A program made the position numbers and the translations under genes. From an uncultured Verrucomicrobiae bacterium (GTDB taxonomy: Bacteria > Verrucomicrobiota > Verrucomicrobiia > Chthoniobacterales > JAFAMB01): DNA of 64,000 nt. Of this stretch, positions 30,120-40,274 are shown one piece after another (position 1 is the first letter of the stretch; every line of letters starts with the position of its first letter). The notes beneath the pieces were generated by a model. That model did no database searches, had not been told where the DNA came from, and saw only the letters and a list, made by a program, of their open reading frames with translations. Where the stretch lies: NCBI GenBank assembly GCA_963813025.1, contig CAWEXO010000008.1, positions 96,001 to 160,000 of the forward strand, written 5' to 3'.

Positions 30120-30413
30120 TGTCGGACTTTTGGAAGTCTGTAGCACGCCACTAAGCGATTGGGCGCCCGAACGCTTAGAGATCGTCTCAGAATGCCGCAC
30201 TGTCCTGCGCCGGTAGGGCGAAAATTTCTTCCAGCATTAGCGAGAACTTGTTTGAGCCGGACACTTGGGTGAGCCACCCGCTCCAGATGGCTCAAACAAG
30301 TTCTCGCTTGGCGCTCGAATAAATTTTCGCCCTACCGGCGCAGGACCAAAAACGCTTTGGGACTCTCGAACCTTAGCTCGATTGCGCACGCTACAGATTG
30401 CCAAAGTCGGACA
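30120..30413. repeat. ~300-bp nested palindromic element, copy A
   Basis: Perfect 20-bp arms (30239-58/30289-308), perfect 26-bp arms (30202-27/30321-46) and imperfect outer arms (30120-44/30390-413). Confidence 0.9.
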
Positions 30414-30457
30414 GAACCGAAGCCGTGCGCGCTACACCACGCCGCTCAGCCCGCTCA

Positions 30458-32044
30458 CTAGTGCGCCGCTGCTTCGGGACCGATGACCCGGCTGCTTCTG
30501 CGAAAGCAAAAGAGGAGTGGGGCGATCGCCAGGCAGACAATCACCAATAGGCGAAACTGGTCCACATAGGCCCAGAGCCCGGCTTGCTGCTGCAAATTCT
30601 GGTATAACACGACGTAAGCTTGGTGATGCGCTGTGACGCTCGATCCGTGAGTCGCCAAAGCGCTCTGGACGGCCGCGAGACTCTCGCGGAATGCCGGATC
30701 AGAGGCCGTCATGTGACCAACGAGGAGCGCCTGGTGCCGCTGCGTGCCTCTCAGAACAAAAGTCGTGATGACGGAAATTCCGATCGAACCACCCAGGTTT
30801 CGCACCAGACTGGTGATGCCCGTCGCGTCGCCCATCTGAGCTTGGCTGACGGTGGCCATCGAGTAGGTCGTCATCGGAACAAAAATTGAGGTGACCGCAA
30901 AGCCACTCAGAATGATCGGCCAAATGATGTTCCCCGGTGCGATCAGCAGGTTCAGGTTCCCGAACATAAACATTGATGCCGCCAGTAGCAGGGTGCCTTG
31001 TGTCATCCAAAGCCGGCCATCGAGGCGAGAAAGAACGCGTCCGGCAATGATGCTTCCGATAATCGCACCGATCCCGCGCGGGCTCATGACCAGTCCGGCC
31101 TGCAACGCGGTATAACCCATGAGATTTTGCAGAAATTGTGGCATAACCGCAGTTGTGCCAAAGAGGATGGCGCCAACGCTCAGGTTGAGAACCATTCCAA
31201 TAGCGAGGTTCCGATCACGCAATACCCTCAAATTAACTATCGGATGTTCCACCCGGAGTTCCCAGACCAGGAACACGACAAATCCCAAAAAGGCGCCGAC
31301 GCCGAGCCATCGAATGAAATTCGAAGAGAACCAGTCCTCATCCTGGCCTTTGTCCAGGAGGACCTGTAGACAGCCAATCCACAGGGCTAGCAGCCCAAAA
31401 CCGACAGTATCAATTTTCCCGGGACGGCTATTCCGCAAATAGGGCGGGTCCTGCAGATAAAGAAAACACATGAGCATCGAGAGAATCCCGATCGGCAGGT
31501 TGATATAGAAGACCCAGCGCCAGGAATAATTGTCGGTAATCCATCCGCCGAGGGTAGGCCCCAGGATCGGGGCGACCACGACCCCCATCGCATAAACCGA
31601 CATGGCCTGGCCACGCTTTTCGTGAGGAAACGTTTCCAGCAGTATTGCTTGCGCGATTGGTTGAAGCGCTCCTCCGCCTACCCCCTGAAGAATCCGGGCG
31701 AGAATCAGCATTCCCAGACTGCTGGCTAAACCACACAGCGCTGACGCAGCCGTGAAGATGGCGATACAAGCAATCAGAAATCGTCGCCGACCAAAATAGC
31801 GGCCAAGCCAGCCAGTCGCCGGCAGTACGACGGCGTTCGACACCAGGTAGCTGGTCAAGACCCAGGTCGCTTCGTCGTTGCTCACCGAGAGGCTGCCCGC
31901 AATATGATTCAGCGCGACATTGGCCACCGAGGTGTCGAGCACTTCAAGAAAAGTGGCCGACATCACCGCCGCCGCGATCAGCCATGGGTTGGCCGCCGGA
32001 CGCCAACTGTCCTCCGCCATTGCAGCTTGAGCACTCATTGCCAT
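30458..32044 (-). CDS. emrB: DHA2-family (EmrB/QacA) efflux MFS permease
   Basis: ATFLEVLDTSVANVAL, WVLTSYLVS, GPTLGGWITDNYSWRWVFYINLP, VLLDKGQDEDWFSS and RNLGGSIG. Confidence 0.93.
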   Translation of the reverse strand: MAMSAQAAMAEDSWRPAANPWLIAAAVMSATFLEVLDTSVANVALNHIAGSLSVSNDEATWVLTSYLVSNAVVLPATGWLGRYFGRRRFLIACIAIFTAASALCGLASSLGMLILARILQGVGGGALQPIAQAILLETFPHEKRGQAMSVYAMGVVVAPILGPTLGGWITDNYSWRWVFYINLPIGILSMLMCFLYLQDPPYLRNSRPGKIDTVGFGLLALWIGCLQVLLDKGQDEDWFSSNFIRWLGVGAFLGFVVFLVWELRVEHPIVNLRVLRDRNLAIGMVLNLSVGAILFGTTAVMPQFLQNLMGYTALQAGLVMSPRGIGAIIGSIIAGRVLSRLDGRLWMTQGTLLLAASMFMFGNLNLLIAPGNIIWPIILSGFAVTSIFVPMTTYSMATVSQAQMGDATGITSLVRNLGGSIGISVITTFVLRGTQRHQALLVGHMTASDPAFRESLAAVQSALATHGSSVTAHHQAYVVLYQNLQQQAGLWAYVDQFRLLVIVCLAIAPLLFCFRRSSRVIGPEAAAH

Positions 32045-32087
32045 TTCGGGTAAATCAACTCACGACCGCGGCAAACCGCCTTTTCTT

Positions 32088-33365
32088 TCAGACCGTTCTC
32101 GCCGTCTTCTCTCGGGGCAGACGAGTACCCCACCAGATGATCGCGCCAGCTCCCAAGACAGAGAGAATCGCTACGACCAAAAGCGCGGTGAAAGAATAGT
32201 GAAAATTTTGTACCTTCACTGTCGGCACGACGGATTCACCGGGACCTAACGGCAACTGCTCTCCGGGACCTTGGGTGAACAGAATTTTTACTGGCACCCG
32301 CTGGACAACTTTCACGTAGTTACCCGTCGCGTTCTCTGGCGGTAGCAAGCTAAAGCGAGCACCGCTCCCAGCCTGGATGCTATCGAGCTTGCCGCTAAAC
32401 TTGTGGCCCGGCAATGCATCGACAGCGATCTCCACGGGTTGACCGGGACGCATCAGGGCAAGCTGGTTCTCCTTAAAATTCCCGGTTACCCAGATGTCCG
32501 CTGGAACGAGGCTCAGGATGGTTTGTCCAGCTTGGAGATAGTCGCCCGGTTCCACCGACTTGCGCGTCACCCGACCGTCTGCCGGTGCGCGAACTTCGGT
32601 ATAGGATTCGTTGAGCTGGGCGGTCTGCACATCCGCATCGGACTGCCCGACTTTGGCTACCAAACTTTCGTGAAGACCGATGTACGTGTTGACCTGAGCC
32701 AACGCTTCCGCTACCTGGGCCCGGTCGCTGGTTACTTTCTTCAGGGCAGCCAAAAGGGTCGCTTGAGAACTCTCGGAGCTCGCCTTGCTGGCGTCCAAGT
32801 CCTGCGGCGAAATTACCTTTTCTCGCGCCAGTTCCTGATTGCGCACCAGATCCTTTTGCGCCTTGTCGGCATTTGCCCGGTCAGCGTCGGCGGTAGCCTG
32901 ATCCGATTCGATCGTTGCCTGCATAGTGCCGACGTGAGCTTTGGCTTGCTCAATACTGGCAACCACCGCATCCGCCTGCGCACGGGCGCTCTCCTCGGCC
33001 GCCTGTTTCTGCCGCAGGGCTGCCGCAAAGTCACGTTCGTCGAGCTGAACCAGCACATCCCCTTTTTTTACCACTTGGTTGTCCGTGACTAGCACGTGGG
33101 CGACCCGGCCCGCGACCTGTGGTGCGACGTTGATGATATGGCCGTCAACAAAAGCGTCATCGGTCGATTGATAAGACTGGGCTGCGGCAAAAAACTTTAT
33201 TCCGATCAGCACCGCCCCGGTGAACAGGGCGAGGGCTATGATCATGATACGAAAACGCGGCCGACGGTGGGTCCTGCGCCGGGGGACGGGCATTCGCTTC
33301 GTCGTTGCAGATGGCCTTTCTCTCAGCGAGGGCCGGCCTTCCAACGTTGCACTATTTTGCGACAT
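32088..33365 (-). CDS. emrA: HlyD/EmrA-family membrane fusion protein
   Basis: STDDAFVDG, NFKENQL and GARFSLLPPENATGNYVKVVQRVPVKI. Confidence 0.93.
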   Translation of the reverse strand: MSQNSATLEGRPSLRERPSATTKRMPVPRRRTHRRPRFRIMIIALALFTGAVLIGIKFFAAAQSYQSTDDAFVDGHIINVAPQVAGRVAHVLVTDNQVVKKGDVLVQLDERDFAAALRQKQAAEESARAQADAVVASIEQAKAHVGTMQATIESDQATADADRANADKAQKDLVRNQELAREKVISPQDLDASKASSESSQATLLAALKKVTSDRAQVAEALAQVNTYIGLHESLVAKVGQSDADVQTAQLNESYTEVRAPADGRVTRKSVEPGDYLQAGQTILSLVPADIWVTGNFKENQLALMRPGQPVEIAVDALPGHKFSGKLDSIQAGSGARFSLLPPENATGNYVKVVQRVPVKILFTQGPGEQLPLGPGESVVPTVKVQNFHYSFTALLVVAILSVLGAGAIIWWGTRLPREKTARTV

Positions 33366-33369
33366 TTCT

Positions 33370-34023
33370 TTATGAGCGGCGGGACTCGATCCCGCGGACA
33401 AAGGTTTCAATTACAGTTTCAAGATATTCATCGACGGAATAGGCCTCCCGTCCCCAGGCGGTACGAGCGAGCATTCCGGAATAGAGCGCGTCGCGCAGAA
33501 TATCCACGGCACAAGCCAGGTTGACGTCCTGCCGGACAAGCCCTGCTTCCTGAGCGGCTCGCAAAAGCGCGATGAGTTTCAGCTTGAGCGGCGCAACGAG
33601 CCCGAGCACCATCTGGCGCACCGAGTCAGGCAAGAGGCGAGCTTCACCGATCAATGCTCGGGAAAGCGCCTCCTTGTTTTCCAATAAAGCGTTATAGGCC
33701 CGAACGTAATTCGCGATCCCGATTCGAAGATCCTCGCTCCAGGAGGGCTGCTGTTCGATGAACCGGCATTCCTCCATCAGGCCGCGTTCGAGAGTCGCCT
33801 TGACCAACTCATCCCGGGAGAGAAAGTGACGAAACAAGGTCACCTCGTTGACGTCAGCTTCTCGCGCAATCTCGCGAGTCGTCGCGCCCTGGAAACCGTC
33901 GCGGGAAAAGACCTTCGCGGCGGCATCAAGCAAGCGCTGACGGGTCTGGTCAACGGAAGCGCTTCGAGAACGCTCCGGCAGAGATCGATCGGCCTTTGGA
34001 GTCACGCAAGTATATACTTGCAT
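33370..34023 (-). CDS. TetR/AcrR-family regulator (start 34023 or 34005)
   Basis: TRQRLLDAAAKVFSRDGFQGATTREIAREADVNEVTLFRHF. Confidence 0.92.
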   Translation of the reverse strand: MQVYTCVTPKADRSLPERSRSASVDQTRQRLLDAAAKVFSRDGFQGATTREIAREADVNEVTLFRHFLSRDELVKATLERGLMEECRFIEQQPSWSEDLRIGIANYVRAYNALLENKEALSRALIGEARLLPDSVRQMVLGLVAPLKLKLIALLRAAQEAGLVRQDVNLACAVDILRDALYSGMLARTAWGREAYSVDEYLETVIETFVRGIESRRS

Positions 34024-34052
34024 GAAAGATTGAATGCAAGTACATACTTGCA
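34006..34052. promoter_or_regulatory. Tandem palindromic operator pair, likely bound by the adjacent TetR
   Basis: gcaagtatatacttgc (34006-21) and tgcaagtacatacttgca (34035-52), centres 30 bp apart, overlapping the tetR start. Confidence 0.8.
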
Positions 34053-34201
34053 CGAAGATCGTCGGTGACCAATAACCGATAGCCGATAAACGCGTAGCGC
34101 CGGCGGCCCTCGGTGCGAGGAGCTGGAATCCGGATTCCAGGATCCTAGCTCCTAGCTCCTTAGGCTTGTCGTCGATCCGATCCGGTGCCATGCTCGGCAG
34201 A

Positions 34202-34795
34202 ATGACTGCGCGGTCTGCTTCGCTTAAGCGCGAGACCACCGAGACGGCAATTGCGCTGGAACTTGCCGTGGACGGGACCGGCGTTTCGGAAATCGATACC
34301 GGAATTCCGTTTTTCGATCACATGCTGACACTGCTGAGCCGGCACAGCCTTTTTGATTTGAGAGTAAAAGCCAAAGGAGATCTCAACGTCGATTTTCACC
34401 ACACGGTGGAAGATACCGGTATCGTCCTCGGAAAGTGCCTGGCGGCGGCGCTGGATTCAAAGGCGGGCATCTGCCGGTATGGCTGCTTTCTGCTTCCGAT
34501 GGACGAGGCTCTTGTTCAAGTCGCGGTCGACCTAAGCGGCAGAGCATTTTTCGAATTTCGCGCCCCGGAAAATATCTCCTCGATCGGCGGCTTCGATTTT
34601 TACCTGGTCGAGGAATTTCTGCGCGCTTTTGCTTCGAACGCCGGCTTGAACTTGCATGTTGAAGTCCGTTACGGCCGCAACAATCATCACATCGCGGAGG
34701 CGATATTTAAAGGATTGGCCAAAGCCTTGGACCAGGCGTGCCGGATTGATCCGAGACGGCCCGAAATTCCTAGTTCGAAAGGGACCCTGATCTGA
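34202..34795 (+). CDS. hisB: Imidazoleglycerol-phosphate dehydratase
   Basis: [44 protein letters not shown] and PSSKGTL. Confidence 0.97.
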   Translation: MTARSASLKRETTETAIALELAVDGTGVSEIDTGIPFFDHMLTLLSRHSLFDLRVKAKGDLNVDFHHTVEDTGIVLGKCLAAALDSKAGICRYGCFLLPMDEALVQVAVDLSGRAFFEFRAPENISSIGGFDFYLVEEFLRAFASNAGLNLHVEVRYGRNNHHIAEAIFKGLAKALDQACRIDPRRPEIPSSKGTLI

Positions 34796-34808
34796 AATCG
34801 GCAAAAAG

Positions 34809-35423
34809 ATGAAACCGACCCTCGCCTTGATCGACTACGGTTCCGGCAACTTGCGCAGTGTGGCAAGAGCCTTGGAAGCGGTGGGTGCCACGGTCGTGCG
34901 AGTCGCGCAGGGAGCAATCCCGGAGGAGAGCGGAGCAGTGGTTCTGCCCGGAGTAGGCGCTTTCGGCGATTCGGTAAACCAACTTCGAAAGCGTGGCCTA
35001 TTCACCGAGATCAGGCGCTGGCTGGAGGATGGGCGCAAGTTCCTTGGCATCTGTCTTGGCTACCAGCTCCTCTTTGAAGAGAGCGAGGAGTCTCCCGGCG
35101 CGCGAGGACTCGGTCTATTTGCCGGTTCCGTTCGCCGGTTTCGCGGCGACCACTTAAAAGTACCGCAAATTGGTTGGAACCGCATTGAATGGGCTCAGCG
35201 GCTTGTGAAAACCGATTTGCCGCCCGATCCCTTTGTCTATTTTGTGCACTCTTATTATCCCGAACCAAAGGACGACAGTATCGTCGCCGCAACCGCTTGC
35301 TACGGAGGGACGTTCGCGGCCGCGGCGCAGTCTGGAAATATCTTTGCGACTCAATTTCATCCGGAAAAAAGTCAGGAGAGCGGCTTGGCGATCCTGCGGC
35401 ATTTTGTACACTCACTACCATGA
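34809..35423 (+). CDS. hisH: Imidazole glycerol phosphate synthase glutaminase subunit
   Basis: IDYGSGNLRSV, LPGVGAF, GICLGYQ, YFVHSY and QFHPEKS. Confidence 0.97.
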   Translation: MKPTLALIDYGSGNLRSVARALEAVGATVVRVAQGAIPEESGAVVLPGVGAFGDSVNQLRKRGLFTEIRRWLEDGRKFLGICLGYQLLFEESEESPGARGLGLFAGSVRRFRGDHLKVPQIGWNRIEWAQRLVKTDLPPDPFVYFVHSYYPEPKDDSIVAATACYGGTFAAAAQSGNIFATQFHPEKSQESGLAILRHFVHSLP

Positions 35424-36163
35424 TCATTTTACCGGCAATCGATCTGCTTGACGGAGAAGTCGTGAGGCTGCGCCAGGGTCGGATCGACCAGAAAACGGTT
35501 TACTCCAACCAGCCCCTGGTTTTCGCACGCCGCTGGGAAGAGGAGGGTGGGAATTACTTGCATGTGGTTGATTTGAACGCTGCTTTAACTGGGGAACAGA
35601 AAAACCTGACCATCGTCGAAAAGCTGGTGTCGAAGTTGAACATTCCGGTCGAAGTTGGGGGCGGCGTTCGGTCTATCGAAGCTGCCCAGCGTCTGCTCGA
35701 CGTGGGGGCGGATCGCGTAGTCGTCGGCACCAAAGGGGTGCAGGAACCCCACTTTCTCACAGAGCTTAGTGAGCGGTTTGGCCGAGATCGAGTCGCGATG
35801 AGCGTCGACGCCAAGGACGGAAAAGTGGCGGTCAAAGGCTGGTCGGAAGTTACCGCAGTTGACGCGCTGGAGTTTATTCGCGAGATCGATCAGGCTGTGG
35901 GGACGATCGTTTTCACCGATATTGCGACGGATGGCATGCTTTCCGGTCCCAACTTCCCGATGTTGGAACAAATCCTGAGCCAAACGCATTGCCAATTGAT
36001 CGCTAGCGGCGGAGTGGCAAACCTCGAGCAGGTGCATCAACTGGCGTCATTACCGGGGCTTTACGGCGCGATCATCGGCAAAGCCATTTTTGACGGCTCG
36101 GTCGATCTTGGTGAAGCCGTCGCGACCGCGAATGCGGGCAAAGCCGCAAGAGGAGCGGTCTGA
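35420..36163 (+). CDS. hisA: ProFAR isomerase
   Basis: MIILPAIDLLDGEVVRLRQG, LHVVDLNAA, VGGGVRS, TDIATDGMLSGPN and IASGG. Confidence 0.96.
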   Translation: MIILPAIDLLDGEVVRLRQGRIDQKTVYSNQPLVFARRWEEEGGNYLHVVDLNAALTGEQKNLTIVEKLVSKLNIPVEVGGGVRSIEAAQRLLDVGADRVVVGTKGVQEPHFLTELSERFGRDRVAMSVDAKDGKVAVKGWSEVTAVDALEFIREIDQAVGTIVFTDIATDGMLSGPNFPMLEQILSQTHCQLIASGGVANLEQVHQLASLPGLYGAIIGKAIFDGSVDLGEAVATANAGKAARGAV

Positions 36164-36188
36164 GGCAGCTGAAGAGCTGATCAGATAA

Positions 36189-36388
36189 CAGTCAATCGAG
36201 CGGAGGAAGCGGCGGGAGCGGCTTCAGCGGGATGTAGGGCGAGAGCTAAAAAGCTGACGAAATTGAGCAGCGCTGGTAGGAAGAGCCGGAGGCCCAATTT
36301 GGCATCGGCGATTCCCGCCAGAGTGTCCGCTGGCCAACTGCCGAAACACCTCCCTCCGCTGAAGCCGCTTCCTCCGCTCGATTGACTG
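36189..36388. repeat. Perfect 25-bp inverted repeat between convergent hisA and prc
   Basis: cagtcaatcgagcggaggaagcggc (36189-213) and gccgcttcctccgctcgattgactg (36364-88), built from GAGCGG-type 9-mers. Confidence 0.85.
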
Positions 36389-36419
36389 CATAGCTGGTCC
36401 GCTGTTCAGTTGCCTCCGC

Positions 36420-38622
36420 TCACCTTCCGGCGGTTCGCGGTGCTTTCGAGAGATCAATCAGGTCGGCAAGAATACTGAGGGTCTCTTTCTTTCCCGCGTC
36501 GTACTCGTCACTACCGGTCAGGGCATCGTCGTCAAAAGCGCTGTCCGGATTTTCGTCAGTCGACGGGAGATGCTTTTGTTTAGTCGCGTTTGAGTCGGCT
36601 GTGTTCAGGGACGGCTTCTCGACTGGCTTGAGCTGAGGCTTATCAACATCGGACAGAGGTAGATTGTAGCGTTGGTCGTGATCGGCTTCGATCGCCGCTC
36701 GATCGTCGGCCTTCTCTTTTGCTTTTTCCGCATTCTCTCGGTCGAGTTCGGCTCGTCGGACCTTTTCGTTCAGGGAGATCCGATTGTTCTTCAGGCGGTC
36801 GTTCATTTCCTTCATCTCCTCAACGAGGTCCTGAAATTGCGAATCCGCGCCCACGCGACTGTTGGACCGCCGCCGGAGGTCATCGAGATAGAGTGGTTTG
36901 CGATTGTTTGCCACGTCGATCGGCGCCGGTTCCACCTCGTCATAAGGCAATGGGTGCTCCAAAGCCGCCTCACCAAATTCTGGATTGTCGGTTATCGATG
37001 GCAAAATGATATCCGAGGCGACACCTCGGAGCTGGGTGGAGCCGCCGGCGACCCGATAAAATTTTTGCACCGTGAGTTTCAGAGCACCGGCATCATTCGG
37101 GCGAGGAGCCGAGCATTGGCATAAATCGCCCGAGCTCAAGCATTGTCTGAACGGTGCCTTTGCCAAAACTGGTTGAATCGCCGACGATCACGGCGCGACC
37201 ATAGTCCTGCAGTGCCGCACCGAAAATCTCACTGGCGGAGGCGCTCAGTTTGTTCATGAGGACAATCATCGGGCCTGAATAGGCGACAGACGGGTCGCGA
37301 TCCTTCAGAACGTCGATATCCCCGTTTGCATCTTTGACCTGAACCACCGGGCCTTGGGTGATGAACAAGCCCGCTGTTTTGATTGCCTCGTCGAGGGATC
37401 CGCCGCCGTCTCGGCGCAGGTCAACCACCAATCCTTGGATGTTTTCCTTTTGGAGACGTTTCAATAAGGCGGCCATGTCGCGCGAGGCGCTTTTGCCACC
37501 GCGTCCCTTCTCCATGTCCTGGTAAAAGGATGGGAGGGTGATCCAGCCTAGTTTCTCTGTGGATCCATCCGGCAAATCGCGATTGATGATCTCGGCCTTT
37601 GCTTCCTGCTCTGTCAGCTTGACGTCGTCTCGGACGAGCTCGACGATTTTGCGCTTGGAGGGATCGGTAGCATTTGCGGGAATGATCTGCAAACGAACGA
37701 CCGTTCCCTTCTTTCCGCGGATCATTTCCACCACTTTATCGAGCTTCATATCGACCGCGTCGACAAAGCTTCCATTCGCCTGAGCCACTGCCGCGATCCG
37801 ATCACCCACGCTGACCTTGCCGCTGAGCTGTGCAGGGCCGCCGGTCAAAACACGGGCGACCTTGGCGTATCCTTCGTCCGAACGCAGCTCGGCGCCGATT
37901 CCAGTCAGCGACAGCCGCATATTGATCTCGAAATTTTCGAGATCCGACTTGCCCAGGTATTCCGAGTGCGGATCGTAGGTTTGCGCTACAGCGTTCAGGA
38001 AGATCTGCAGCACATCACTGTCATCACGTTCCTCCAGGTTTTTTAACAGCGTGTCGTAACGGCGCGCGACGATTTTGGGACCCGGTTCAGCGGCGAACTT
38101 ATTTAATTTCTCCTGCAGTAATTCGCCTTCGACGCGGTCTTGCCACAACTGGTCTGCTTCAGCGGCATTGGCCGGCCACGGCTCCTTCCGCCGATCTAGT
38201 GCCACGGTACGGTCACTCTTAAAACTGTAATCCTTCTTGAGAAGAGCGTGGACTTTGGCCACCCGATCTTCGACTCGTTTGCGAAACAGGGCGTAGATAT
38301 CGCGCGCCGGCTGCACATTTCCAACCAGGAGATCCTCGTCGAGAGTCTTCCCGTAGCTCTGACGGATCTGATCGATATCCTGTTGCGTGAAAAAGAGCTT
38401 GTTGTAATCGAGATTTTCCAGGTACGTATCGAGCACTTTGCTGGACATGTCGTCGTCCAGCCGGTGGCGGCTATAGTGGGCCTGCTCGAGAAGCTTGGCG
38501 ACGGTGATCGCAACCTGCCGCGGATCGGCGCTGCCTCTGAGCCCCAGCCTCACCTGCGCGAACAAACAGCCGGCGGACAGTGTTAAACAAATCGCGATCG
38601 CAAAAGTGCGTACCGTTTTCAT
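36420..38622 (-). CDS. prc: Carboxy-terminal processing (tail-specific) protease, S41; one frameshift near 37100
   Basis: DPHSEY, GIGAEL PDZ, DLRRDGGGSL, SASASEIF and FGKGTVQ. It continues in another frame as GALKLTVQKFYRVAGGSTQLRGV. Confidence 0.9.
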
Positions 38623-38701
38623 ATATCGATTCAAGTGCAACTGACAAAATCCTTTATGCTAAGAAAAAATTAGATGCCTGCGGCGGCACTCTCTCTTCAG
38701 T

Positions 38702-39319
38702 ATGCTCGAGTTTCAAACATTTATTGGCGGGATCTTCGACACGAACGGCTATTTGCTCCATGCGCCGAGAGGCCAGATTTTGATCGACGCGCCGACCGGA
38801 GTATGCCAGTGGCTCCGGGAAAACCGTTTTGAACCCAGCCTTCTCCTGATTACCCACGGCCACCTGGATCACGTTGATGATGCGGCGAAAGTCAAACATT
38901 CTTTCAACTGCGAAGTCGGTTATCACGAGGCCGGTGTTCCGCTTATCACCAATCCAGATTTCTTTAAGGATCTCGGCTTCTTTTTCGAGGTTCAACCGGT
39001 CGCCGCTGACTTTCTCATAACCGAGACATCCGCCGTCAACTTCGCCGGAATAAATTTCCAGGTGCTGCTTGTGCCCGGTCATTGCCCGGGAAGTCTTTGC
39101 TTTTACGCTCAGGACGACGGCCTCCTGTTTGGCGGAGATGTTCTCTTCGCCGGAAGCATTGGTCGAACCGATCTGCCGGGAGGGGATACCGAGCTCCTGC
39201 TGACCGGCATTCGTTCGAAAATATTCCCGCTTCCCGATGCGACCCGCGTGCTGCCTGGACACGGGCCAGCGACAACGGTGGGAGAGGAAAAGCGATCCAA
39301 TCCGTTCTTCGCTCGCTGA
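38702..39319 (+). CDS. MBL-fold metallo-hydrolase (glyoxalase II-like)
   Basis: THGHLDH, PGHCPGS, GDVLFAGSIGRTDLPGG and PGHGPATT. Confidence 0.93.
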   Translation: MLEFQTFIGGIFDTNGYLLHAPRGQILIDAPTGVCQWLRENRFEPSLLLITHGHLDHVDDAAKVKHSFNCEVGYHEAGVPLITNPDFFKDLGFFFEVQPVAADFLITETSAVNFAGINFQVLLVPGHCPGSLCFYAQDDGLLFGGDVLFAGSIGRTDLPGGDTELLLTGIRSKIFPLPDATRVLPGHGPATTVGEEKRSNPFFAR

Positions 39320-39352
39320 GCGGCTTGACCGGCCTGGGTGGCCTGAGCGGTC

Positions 39353-39493
39353 CAACATCGAATTCGTGGTCATCAAAACGCGGAGAACAAGTATCGGTAG
39401 ATGATTCAAAATCCGGTTCGGCGCGGACTGGTCGAGACGGCTGAAGATTGGCCGTTCCGCGGAGTGATCTTCAACAACCGGGTTCTTTGGTAA
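39353..39493 (+). pseudogene. C-terminal relic of a REP-associated tyrosine transposase (RAYT, IS200/Y1 family)
   Basis: Manual translation gives QHRIRGHQNAENKYR*MIQNPVRRGLVETAEDWPFRG. This matches the RAYT motif H.IR...Y(I)..NPVR.GLV...EDWP, with TAG (39398-400) at the catalytic Tyr position. Confidence 0.75.
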
Positions 39494-39528
39494 CAGCCCA
39501 TCCGGGGACGCTGATTGCGTCAGAAAAC

Positions 39529-39596
39529 GGACCGACAGGAGCCGGTCCCTACCGCTCCGCGGCGATTCACCGTAGGGAAGGACCCCGCCTCGTCCG
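39529..39596. repeat. GTAG-type REP pair next to the RAYT relic
   Basis: The minus strand reads GTAG-GGACCG-gctcctgt-CGGTCC (39529-52). An oppositely oriented degenerate GTAG-GGA..GTCC lies at 39572-96. Confidence 0.7.
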
Positions 39597-39608
39597 CATT
39601 TTGCTGAA

Positions 39609-40022
39609 TCACTTTGGGCTAGTGCGCGCCAGCACGATTTCACCCGTCGCGACGGGCACAGACTCGGCCAGGCATTCCACTGCGCACTGGACGAGAGGAC
39701 CAGTGCCAGCCAAACGCCTCGCCTTGAAGCGCAGCATTTCTCCCGGCCCTACCGAGCGCAGAAACTTCATCAACCGAATGGCGCTCAGAAAGTAAGTTTC
39801 GCCTTCACTGCATACCGCAAGCCCAGCTGTCTGAGCCATACCTTCGGCAAGCAGCACTCCCGGCACAATGGGGTTTCCCGGAAAGTGTCCGGCGAAAAAA
39901 GGCTCATCGCCGCGGAAACATTTGAGCGCCTCGGCCGAAACGCCCGGCACCAATTCCGCGACGCAATCGATAAAGATAAATGGAGGCCGATGCGGCAAAC
40001 CAAGGGAAATGGGATCTTGCAT
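39609..40022 (-). CDS. FabZ/FabA-like hot-dog 3-hydroxyacyl-ACP dehydratase
   Basis: LPHRPPFIFID and EPFFAGHFPGNPIVPGVLLAEGMAQ. Confidence 0.9.
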   Translation of the reverse strand: MQDPISLGLPHRPPFIFIDCVAELVPGVSAEALKCFRGDEPFFAGHFPGNPIVPGVLLAEGMAQTAGLAVCSEGETYFLSAIRLMKFLRSVGPGEMLRFKARRLAGTGPLVQCAVECLAESVPVATGEIVLARTSPK

Positions 40023-40274
40023 GGCTCAATAAGCAGATAACCCCTCTCGACGATCAGCGCATCAGCATTCGATCTTGAATTCTTCAGCGAGGAAGTTCGC
40101 CTCCGGCAACTGACGGTTTGGGGATAGTGACGGTTTGAAGACAGACCCGCTCAAGCCCGCGCATGTACGGACGAGACCCATCCGCGCTACGACCGCTCAC
40201 GCCGCTCAGCCTGCTCAACCCGCTCTCTCCCGCCAGCTCCTTGCAACTACCCCGCCTCGATACGACACTGATCC

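Noticed and set aside
38654..39643. 329-aa minus-strand ORF, and similar long antisense ORFs (e.g. 20647..21612, 44057..44923, 46535..47455, 49782..50645)
   Set aside because: These are shadow frames opposite well-supported genes in GC-rich DNA and have no motifs.
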